Below are positions 1 to 11,600 of a stretch of DNA of 43,315 nucleotides, piece after piece. The stretch comes from Phoronis australis (Eukaryota > Animalia > Phoronida). The notes beneath the pieces were generated by a model. That model did no database searches. It had not been told where the DNA came from and saw nothing but the letters and a program-made list of their open reading frames with translations. Position numbers and translations under genes: made by a program. The stretch lies in assembly GCA_002633005.1 (NCBI GenBank), contig NMRA01000784.1, forward strand, positions 103,828-147,142. Reading direction: 5' to 3'. Every line of letters begins with the position of its first letter. Within the stretch, counting starts at the first letter, position 1.

Positions 1-2495
1 GCACGCATGCACAGTTGATATTGCTGTAAAGAAGCCTTTGTTTGTTTCAAATGGTTTATGTTTTAGGTCATGTTTTTAAGATGTATTCCAAGCAGTTGTC
101 AATTTCAAAATCACTTAATGCTGATGTTTTTGAAAGAATATATACATAGTTTTAACGCACAATTGAATAATTTTTATACTTTTATTGAATTTACTCTTTT
201 TATGTTCACTTTCTACATTTTAATTGGCCGTACTCAAATATAATTTTGCTAACTGGTGATAACTTCAACGGACATAGAGCAAAATCCACTTTTTTGTTGG
301 GTATTGATGTAGTACCCACACCCCCCTGAAGGTGGCAGTGTATTGTATATTTTACATCAGTTGTTTAAGATATCGTAATCATGTGTGCCACTGTACTGGT
401 TGAAAAGGTACCAGTAACTGTGATATTTTTTAATTATAGTTGTCATTCTTTTGATGCACGCGCAGAGATTACTTAATATCTAGTTTTCCACAGGTAGTTG
501 ATGTATTATTTAATGTCTAGTAGGCACACCTGTATCCTACCTATGCACTTGTATGTATTCAGGTTATGTATTGTAAATGTTGTAACATGTGAACAGATCT
601 TTGCATTTAGTCAGCCATTGATAAGGGTCAATTTTTTGAAATGGACACCTTGTCCATTTCAAGCTACTTAAGCAAACTTCCAAGTTGAAAACAGTAGGTC
701 AGGTGGACTGACATTTTATGTGCTCATTTGAGTTCCATTTGAACGAGCTAACTGTTCAGATTGACATAGCTAGTGAAAAAGGAGTTTTGGTCACGGGAGT
801 GACAAATACTACTACTCCAGGCGACCTCTATTGGAATATTCAGCACAAAAACACACACCTTAGCATTTGAATTACTATTAGTTTTTACTGCCAGTAACTG
901 CAATTAAACATGTGGCTGTAATAAATTCTCTTGTGTCTTACCCTGGGCTTCGAAACTATCTCCCAAGATTCTTTCCAAATAGCCCGAGCTACGTTCATTC
1001 CCAGGCGAGTATTTTGTACCTATGAGCCTATATCTAAACGAAACTCCAGTTTGGAACGTGTAACACTACTCTGCGATTTAATATGGCTTTGTTTACTGAA
1101 AAACATTGTTTTAATTGAATTCTTTTTATTGAAGCCATTCCATGTGCACCTGTGAAATTCCGATTTCGACTTGATTTTTAGATGTTGTTGTACATACCCT
1201 AAGCTGCTTTGCACATTCCTGTTTTCTAATTTTACGAGAGAAGATTTGTTTCAGGAGGTGTGATGGCAATCTACGGTCTATTACTGTGTGGAATGACATT
1301 ACATGGTCTGTAATGGTTGATCGGTTGTGTGGTTAACGTGACGTATACCTCTTTATTTGGCAGCAACTTCTTTAATTTTGAGATATTTTGTTATGACATT
1401 TATTGTTGTACAATACTACTTTTCAGTCAATCAAAAAAAACTTAGGAATCGTATATATTGAACTGTTTGACCAGAAATTCATATTTTATCCAAGTATTAA
1501 CGAATGTTGAATTATTGGTATGCCTATATCGGTGTGTAATAAAATGTATTCGATGCGACTTGGGTGTGTGGCGTTTACATGACAGCGTTTTCCCCTTCAG
1601 TGACTTTGTCAGGCGATTGGGGGTTCTGAGCGTGTGATAACATCTAGCTTCTTTGTTAACTGTCAAGCACAGTCTTTTGTCTCTTATGACAAAGGCAGGC
1701 CAGTTATTTACCAGGGTCATTACAGACCACGTGCGAACACCGTCAAACCCAGAGCGAATTGGTACATTCAGAAAGAATAGATTATCATAACTTCGGTTGC
1801 AGTTGAGCAATTTTGGCAATTCAATTAAACACTAAATATGATCACCATTAGATGAGGTTTTCATAAATACTATTGGTTTATGTTCGAGTATGTTATAACT
1901 TTTATTTTTAACAGCACAGTCCAGTCAGGCTAGATACGATCTGATCGGAGATTAGAGCAATTATTCAACAAAAGAGAGTTGACCCTCCAACCATGAATGC
2001 CAGAATGGAGTTAATCACTCGTGTAAGATATTGGCTACAGGGGTAAACTTCCCAACTTATTGTTGGGCTATAGAATCGAACAAGTTGGGAGCAACGGGAA
2101 AACGCCGTAATGAATTGTTTGATTTATAATAATATGTGTTTTTCCGTCCAGTGATACCATTTTAATTTCAGAAACCAAGATCTTTTTAAAGTATGTATTG
2201 AAATCACCTAGCAGCCTGTATTTACGCCTCGGTCTAATCACTTGGTATACCTAAAATAATGCCGGCTGTATGTTTGCCGTCTAGTGAAATGTTGACTCCG
2301 GGTCGTGTATGAGTCGTGGCTGACAAGTTCTCTGGTGACTGGTTCTAGTCGTTTACTACGGTGGGTACGTACGCCAACACTTGCGTGTATCTGTCGCTAG
2401 CCGACTAGAGCGACGTCTTTCGTGAGAATGTGTTCTAGTTCATTCATTGTAAAGAAGTGCCTGTTTGTGTAGCACCTAGAAGTGAAACTCTCATG

Positions 2496-2554
2496 TTTAT
2501 TGAAGGGTCTCGCGAATGTTTAAAGCCTAGATGAGTGATTCTTATCAGTTTATT
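2496..2554 (-). terminator. Candidate polyadenylation signals of the astacin gene
   Basis: AATAAA on the minus strand at 2549-2554 and 2496-2501, about 50-110 nt downstream of the stop codon. Confidence 0.5.
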
Positions 2555-2604
2555 TAAAAAACTTGTGTAACACATTGTCGATAGGTGTCGTTGGAATGTG
2601 CCAC

Positions 2605-2694
2605 TTAGTTACAACTGTTGCCCGGTACCAACTCCACGTTGTCCAACGCGGCATTAGACGTCCATGTAGAGCTGATCTCGACTTCAAACACTAC
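2605..2694 (-). CDS. Terminal coding exon (VVFEVEISSTWTSNAALDNVELVPGNSCN*)
   Basis: VVFE...AxDxV...GxC MAM end; tttacag acceptor; TAA at 2605-2607. Confidence 0.9.
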   Translation of the reverse strand, partial: VVFEVEISSTWTSNAALDNVELVPGNSCN

Positions 2695-5600
2695 CTGTAA
2701 AGACAAGGATGAGCTTGGTGGTATTTTGCTAATCAGTTACTTTTTCCGTTTCAGGCAGCCAGCTTTACACATTTTTGAAATTGGGAATGATTTCACTGTC
2801 TCAAATTAACACAGTATTTTGTCAATGTAGATTTGTTAAAGCTAATCGAGTGCTGAAATGGTGAACTATTCCTGTAGTTGTACGCAATGTTTCAAAAAAT
2901 TTGCTGTTGATTTTGGTCTGGTTTCGGTGAGAGAAGTCATACAGAAAACAGCTGAACCTGGTCGGGGAATATGATGACATTTTCCATTCAGCATTCCGTT
3001 AAATTGGCGTATAAGCTTGGTCAAATGGTCATTTTTCCTTTGATCTAACTGATACTAAAATAGAATTTTCAAATTGTTGGCTTGGACCCCCCTTTTTGAA
3101 AAATTGATCTGACCCCTATAAAAAATCTTAGATCTGCCCCCTGTTTTGCTCTGACAATGTAAGTTAACTTCATGGATTTTTTTACAGAGAATGCAACTTC
3201 CAAAATGCCCATTATTTTTGCGTCAATAAAAGGCACACTTAAGTTTTTGAAAAGTTAAATCCAACCATAGCACAGCGTTATACCCGATCGGATGCAATAG
3301 GACAGAATTGGGATTTTTTATTTTAAACCTCGCGATATTTTCTCAATTTTGTTATTTCGCGACCACACTTTGGTGTTACGTTGTGTTCCGAGCTGGTTCT
3401 CTGCGTGCCGTTAGGTGATGGGTACCGAACACACAGGTATCACTTAATTTTCCGCTAGGGAATTTTTGTTTCCACCGGCGTTTCGGATTGGCTGGTCAAA
3501 TTCTCAACAGGTAGCGCTTTACGCAAACAAACTGGCAGGCATGAATAATGGAGCAAGTGTAAAATTTACATTTAATGTGGTCTGTTGAGCAGACAAATCG
3601 GTGCTTTATATGTTCAGGAAATTTGAATGCCAGAAATTGTGGTTGCGCCTTGTTGGAGTGCATCTTTCTACTGTCGATGTCTTTTGTTTTCGATACTGTC
3701 CTGTATTCATACGGAAAGAATAACACCTCACCGGTTAAATCGGCCACTGAGATATGTGTTTATTGTGCATGTACGTGCTTCAAGCACGCGGCTATTAAAC
3801 ATTACTGCAGAAACAAGATAGTTGCTACGCCACTTGCATGACAAGGCTAAAATCGTTCATAGTCTGCCATTTTTTCATGTTGTTGTAAAGTTAACCACTC
3901 TGCCGAGGTTACACCAACCAATGCAAAAGCGTGTGCTACTGCTTGATACCTGCGTGCTGGCTAGGCACGTAGGGAACCAGCGAGCGTTGTGTACATGATG
4001 AATAGTGTGTAACCGCTTTTCTCATTAGTCAAAAAATTTCACGTGTACCAGACGAACTATGGAGACCATGAAGTAGGTATATTCATTTTTCTCAGAAAGA
4101 TAGCAAAACAAAATCCCACCCCATATAGTGGGCGGTACACATTTAGGTGTGGGAAAATACAGTAAATCAGTCTGCCCCCTGGCGGAATACAATACCAACC
4201 TTGTAATTCGAATATCTGTCTATGACCACGCTATCCGTCAGCCAGTTTGGCCCCATCATACCCTGCATATACCACACAGGCTGGCTATAGCGCCCGTCAA
4301 CATTCAACACCTTTACGCGAAAATCCGCCATGCCAAAATTGTCCAGGAAGTAAGCCCATTTGACGCATACTGGACTGTCTAAAAACACATTAAAAAAATC
4401 ACATGTGTGCATTCACTGAATGGAAAGGAAGAATTCTATAACAATAAAATTGGGATAGTACCCATACTCAGCGTGTTTGCTTGTACATGTATATCTTCAA
4501 ATAAACGAATGATTTCAGATCTAAATGCCCAGCAGTAATGCTCAACATTTGCAGTTACATCACATTCTTCAGAAGTGGCAAAGTTTCTCCCGTTTTACTT
4601 ACTAAGCCAAGCGTTCGTCATCAGCTTCGCCACGCCTGGTGCACGTGAAGAACCTTGCGCTATAATAAAGTATGAACTGCCGCCAAAGCCAGACGTTGGA
4701 CCACCGCCTTGGTTTGCTGAATTCGCCTGAAAGAGAGTGTATTGGAAATGAACTTTTGTGGACGTACATGTATGCACACAGGAGTGAGTGATACTCATTA
4801 GTGATTTTTACATTAGGGAGAGGAACGCAAATGTCAAATTCCGCTAAATCCTCGCGAGATGTTCACCAACACAGTTTTACTTGCAATTACCGGAATTACC
4901 AACGGATTAACAGACTAAAACTAATTACAACGTCATCCAATGTTTACTGAGTCGACATAAACTGAATTGTGGTGTCCAGAGTCCAGCAAGAGTCTAACCT
5001 TTTTTCTTGAAATTGCGAGATAGTTATCTTTTATTCTGTGCTCTTCGAGTACAATACGGTTTACACAGATGGCTGCCGATATCAAAATCGTATTTGATAA
5101 CCCCAGAATTCGACATATCAAAGCTTCGCCTAATACAATGCAAAACAATAACATTTCTGTGACTTCTGCTTTTTTAAACACATAAGGCACGTGAAGTTGT
5201 TATCACAACACCCTTTTTGTGACGGTGTTTCTGTTTACAACTGCGTAACAGTTTTACATTATCCCCCCAACTCAAAGTCCTGGATCCGCCCAAGGATTAA
5301 CCTTACAGTCAGGAACGAGATTTTCCGCAAACGTGTCACCCAACTTCTTTTTCCGTCCTAAGCCACAATTAAAGTGTCCGTCGTTTGCAGGGTTGCCAAG
5401 GTTGCACAGTGCCCATGAGTGCTAAACAAAAATACTGACACGATTCTCTGGGAATCGGGACAAAGCTCACTTAGGCGGGGACTTTTTATTTGACTACAAA
5501 CTGAATTTAAAGCTGCACTGATGCTACACTGTTCAACTAACGGTGAATTAGACCCTGAACAGGCATAAAATCGCTTTCAAAAATCCCCTACCTTGGCGGG

Positions 5601-8600
5601 ATACAGCTCAAGTCACGGACAACATGCATCAGCATGGTATTCTCAAATTTTAGGTTGACCACGCCACGATTGAACTCTGAAGCGTTTTCTTGAGCCCCAG
5701 GTCATGATGAAATCGATGTTCTTGTTGATAACGGGAATAGCATTTAATCACGGTATGGGATCATGAAATTTTATCAGAGTATAAGACCTAATGCAATTTT
5801 CGTTTCTTGTCAGATAAACGGCACGAAATGCTGTTGGTCCCCATTGCACGTCCCTCGCTATCACACTTACGTGTTTCACGGTCCAATTGAAGTCATTTGA
5901 AGGGTCGTTAACAAATATACACGCAGATCCAGTTTCGAAATCACAAGAAATTGGCCCAGAAATTGTCTGTCGAGGGGTCGTGGTACTGCGCACCGTGGTG
6001 GTCGACGTAGAGGTGGTCGTGGTTGTTGTTGTCAGTTTTGGACATGGACCTTTAGTGAATACGATTGTGTCCAAGGCTATGTCTTCTTGCCACGTGTGCA
6101 GTCGCTCAGCCGTAAACGACAGCTACAGATTTATAATTAACACAGTGAATGAACGAGATGACAGACTGTTATGTTGAGCCTGCCTGAATACCTCTAGGTC
6201 GGTTGGGATACGTACATGTATAGGCCAACAGGGTGCTCTGGCCTATACCTTGAATTCCTAGTATATTTTCATCGCCAACATTTTTGTCTGTTTAGCGCTT
6301 CACCCACCTGTGGCTACATCACGTGAACTGATGAGAATAAGTCTAAAAAGATCCCTGCCCCAACCGGCACTCTAACCCAGGAACTTCTGCCAACCGTGCA
6401 GACGTTCCCGGGCTCTAGTGAAGATTGGTGCAGGGATTTTTCAGCCTTAATTATTAGGTCACGTGATGGGGCAACAGTTGGCGTGCTGGCCACACTTTGA
6501 AGTATTCACGATATATACATTTTCATACCGCTTTAAAAATTGCAAATTCAAAAAAATAGATCTTTACATATTTATCATTCAATGTGGAAGGTTAAATACG
6601 GGTATTTTGTTATAATTTGTGACACAACGGAGAATTCGTTAAAAGACTGCTGCGTAAGATAACATAAGATTGGAGTAACTTATGCATTAAAAAGTAACAC
6701 CAGTGAGCTCCTTGAAATTTAGGGTTGGTGGTAAAATGTGGCTACCTTGAAATTTGAAGGTTCGTCGATGTCCACCCGTTGGCTGTGCCACATATCGCCG
6801 TGACTTCCTGTTTGCTCAAACAGAATTCGTTTGTTGCTTCGCAATACCAGACGTCCCATTTTTAGGTAACCGTACATATGCCATTTAAACGAGAGGCAAT
6901 ACTTTCCACCTAAAAACATGTTGTCCTTAACAATGAAGCAACCATACCAGAAATATTAAATTCAAAGTAGAGGTCACAAAAATCATTTAATATATGGCCT
7001 ACAAGTATCGCTAAATTCGTTTTCATGTCTTGGTCCTCAATGTCAAACATATTTTTAATTTTACTTCACGATCTTTTGCGGCCTTACCATTTCTATTCTC
7101 TACAATGTTATGCTGTAGTGTATATGCAGTAGTATATGCACTGTAGTGTATGTGCTGTAGTGTATATCATCATCAATGCCTGTCACCCCTACAGAGTATA
7201 GGCCACGAATCAGAGATTTCCATTTTGTTCTGTCCTGGGCAATTCCTTCTGGCTGTCTCCATGAGTACCTTAAGCTCTCCATATCATCGGTGATGCATCT
7301 TCTCCAGGTCATTCGTGGTCTGCCTCTATTTCGTTTACCCTGTGGGTTCCACTTTAATGCGTGTCTAGATGTGCTATTTGTTGGTCTTCTTAGTGTATGT
7401 CTAATCCATCGCCATTTCCTTCGACCGATCTCCTCTTCTAATGGTGTCTGTCCTGTTCTTTCCCACAATTCTTCATTTCTTAACTTTTCTGGCCACTGTA
7501 TCCTCAAAATTTTCTCAGACATGAATTGACAAAAACTTGCAGTCTCTTGAAGTTTGTTTTTGTGTTTGTCTAGGTCTCTGATCCATATAACAGTACTGAT
7601 TCCACGTTTAAATTGAACAATCTCAATTTTGTTTTCAGCGATAGTTCCCTAGCTTTCCATACTTTCATTAGTTGGTAAAATGCAGTTCTGTCTTTGGAAA
7701 TCTAGCTCGTATGTCACCTTCGCCCCCCGCCACCCCTTTTTATCTATCTCGCTGCCAAGGTATGTGAAATGTTCAACTTCCTCCAGGATTGATCCATTTA
7801 TTTAAATTGATGTTTCTGTCTCTGGGGTTAAGTTAAGAATTTTTGTTTTTCCACTGTTGATGATAAGGCCAATCTTCCTTGCCGTTTTGTTCAGTTCATC
7901 TGTTTTCCTTCGCATTTGGCCTGCTGTGTGAGAGAGTAGTGCAATGTTATCTGCGTAGTCCAGGTCATACAGCTGTGTCCTTAGGGTCCACTGTATTCCG
8001 TTTCTTCTTGCTGTTGTCACCTCTCTCATTGTCCAATCTATTACTAGGTTGAAAAGAAAAGGTGACAGAAGACAGCCTTGCTTCACTCCTGTTCGAATTT
8101 CAAATGATTCTGTCATTTCACCGTCATGAAGAACACTGCAGTTACTTCCTTCATGCATGTTTTGACCTGTGTCACTATCTTTTCTGGGATGCCATAATGG
8201 CGCATGAGCTTCCATAACGTGCTTCTGTCGATGTTGTCAAATGCCTTTTCAAAGTTCACAAAATTGATCAATAGGGGAGAGTTCTAATCCATGGATGATT
8301 CTTAACGTTGCTATCTGATCGGAGCAAGATCTGCCTTTCCCGAAACCCGCTTGTTGGTCCCTAAGTTTTCATCAACCTTGAACTTGTAGTGTATATGCTG
8401 TAGTGTATATGCCATCGTGTATGTGCTGTAGTGTACGTGCTGTAGTGCATATGTTGTAGTGTATATGTTGTAGTGTATTGTTGCCTTTTTAGCGTGTCCT
8501 AATCAATTCCAAATCTGTCGATGAAACAGCAAAAGTAATTTTAAATGCTAATTTATCGATTTCTTTAGTTACAAAAAATTATTGATTTTAACTCACTTTA

Positions 8601-11600
8601 GAAGAACATTCACAGTCAGTTTGTAGATGAGACTGTCAATATGTCAGTATTTAGTACACAGTCACTTAAATAACCAGCGTAACCTGCTACATTTTTTCCT
8701 GCATAATACGTCATCATTTGAGTTTCGATCAGTTAGCATCGAAAATAGCAACAGTTTAGTACTGCACAGTTCAATAAATGCAATTAACCTATAGCAACAG
8801 TTCAGTACTGCACAGTTCAATAAATACAAGTAACCTATTGCAACAGTTCAGTACTTCACAGTTCAATAAATACAAGTAACCTATGAGAAATGAAATGAGT
8901 ATAGACCGTTATGTACGATTTTATCCTACTTTTCTGTCTCTTCTCAATTTCTTCTTATAACTACGGCATTTTTGCCGTGACAACCGACCTGCTATGGGAC
9001 CGACAGAAATTGTTGCGTAATCCCCATTTTGGCGAGGAGTAGACATTTCGGCGTAGATGTACGCTGTTCCACCGTCACCTTGCGACGGTCCAGTGTCAAC
9101 TGATAAAGTGGGTCCCTGGATAAAGGTAATGAAAATGTTTTCCAGAAATCACGTAACCCAGCATTTGTGAGCTCCCATCAACACCGGTATGGGCGAGTGG
9201 AGCCTTCATCAAACAGACGCGGGCAAAATTGGTGTTAAAATACTGTATAATGAAGGCAAACTGTCAAGTGACTTTCGCCTGTTTTAGTTGTTAATAACGC
9301 CCATTTCACACTGGGTTTCAGGCTATAGGGTGTCAAAACTTGCACAAAAAGTCACTGTCACTTTTTTATTTTTTGCCATAGAATGGTTTATGATGAAGGT
9401 CGCATAAATTACTAAGTAATAAGTGGGTTTTAAGTGACTATAAACGTTCATAAACGTTTATAGTCACTTAAAACCCATTTATTTACATTTAAATCGTGAT
9501 TAAAATTTCAAGATGGCGAAATTTTATTTATTCAAAATTAGAAATATTCTTTATCATTAACGACGAATTTCAACTTACACTATGAGGTGTCCAATCGAAC
9601 ATGTCGGTCGTTTCTTGGATCCAGCCACATATACTTCCGGTATCAAATGCACACGAAACAGTTCTGTCTACAAGAGTATTAACTCCAAAAATGGACATAC
9701 AAATCAAGATCACCATGAAGAATAAATCTTTCTAGGAAACTGTCATGTTACGACCAAGATAATGGACACAGGCAAGAGTTCTCCTTTTCAATTAACCCCT
9801 GCACAAGCAACATGACAATTAGACGCCATATTCATACCAAATTACATGCAATGTTGCTTTGGGACGTTATTTATTTTCACTAGCAATGTAGCCAATATCA
9901 TCTGGGATTCAACCCCGTGTATTCCTAAGTACGTGCATACTAGAGACTTTTTGTCGTATACACTGCACCAAGTATGGGTCTTCTCGTGAGACTTACAATC
10001 TATTACATTAGCTGGCGTAGTAGAACCAGTGCTAGGCGTAGTTGTAGTAACAGACCCAGTAGGGCTAGTTCTCGTGGTCGTGGAACTGGTAGTAGTGGGC
10101 GGGGCTTGCGTAGTTGAGCCCTGACATCGACCGCGTGAGAAAGTGATCTCATCCAGAGCCACGTCTGACATGTAGGAAGTTCCGCGAATGGCCATAAACT
10201 GCAGCTGAAAACGTGCAAGACAAAAATTGACCTATATATCAAATAAAACTGCTTTTCTGCGTCTTTTCGTCAACCTGTCCTGAACAGATCGTTTGAGTTA
10301 CGCCGTATGAGCACATGCCCTGAAATATTTGCGACTTAATTCAAAACTGATTTGGGCAGACTGAGATGGTTCCGCAACTGATCGTCATGCTTGGTGTGCA
10401 TGGAATTTTCAAGTCTTCTGGCATTTGTTAAGAAAATTTTGCGGCCATGTACAATGTAGTATATGAGCTCAAAATGTTTTTAAAGGATGTTTTACAGCAA
10501 GTACTAAAGAATTAAGATCTCATATTTGATCGATTTTGAAAAAGTGTTCGACTCGATTTCTTCAAATGTTCTCAACGCATTTAAAAAATGTCGGTTGAAT
10601 GTAGCTGCTGCTAAGGTGTACCAGCTGTTCCGTATCTACGTCTTCATTTATTATTTTACGTGTTGAGAATAAATGACGATGATGCCAATACAAAAGGTTC
10701 AAGTATTTTCAATAAACATATAAATCAATTGAAAACTTGCTGACAGCAGGTGATGTGCAATCAAGATTTGTTTCCTCAATATTTCCTCGGTAGCCCTTGT
10801 TGAACAGGGTCTTAAGCTGGTTACCTTGAAAATCGATGCAGACGACACGTCGGCAGCCGCGAAGTGCCACGTGTTCCCTTTGTCGCCAGACTGCATGAAG
10901 ATAACTGTAGTTATTCCATTTTTCTGGAGCAACATGAGCTCGAGACTTCCCATGTCGGATCCGTACATGTGATAATAGAACCTCTGGCAAAACGTACCAC
11001 CTGTTATGGAATTTACAAGATTAGATATTTGTTTTATCTGCGATTAGACTATGGAAAGAGATTTGGCATTGATTTGTATTCAAGGGCAATTGTTAGCCTA
11101 TCCTTTAATTGCGCTGAATGTGCGAAGCTGGCGTGCTCAAATAATTTAAAGTGTAAGACCCGAAGTCAGCAAGTCTCTGATTACCCGCTAGCCAAGGTGT
11201 TTCCATGACGGTACTGTCGCCCTGGCTGCCACCGGAAGCCTCTGCGTACACGTAGCTGGAGTTATCTGGTCCACCGTCAGGACCGGTGTATGAGGAAGGC
11301 GTCTGTCCCTGAAATTCGAAGCGTCAGTACCATCAAGAATGCTTCGATGCTCTTTGGCAAGAAAGTTCCTATACTCAAGAGTTGAAAACTCAGCAAGAAG
11401 TATCGACCTTTCGCGTGCCGTAAGGTATACATGTAACTTTTGGTGTGACCTTAATCTTTCTGTCAGTCCCTGCAAGTGCTTTGCACTGCCTTTGTATTAC
11501 AAGTATTTTACGTTCTGTCAGTCGATGGTAAATAAGTCAATCCTAGGAGTGCTGTAGCAGCAATTTAACTGTTTCCTAGGTGACCAGCCAAACCTATCTA

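Noticed and set aside
7100-8215. RT ORFs as a functional reverse-transcriptase system (retron, DGR or domesticated RT)
   Set aside because: Frameshifts, stops, catalytic YADD changed to YADN, 5' truncation, tail and TSD all indicate a dead RTE LINE copy.
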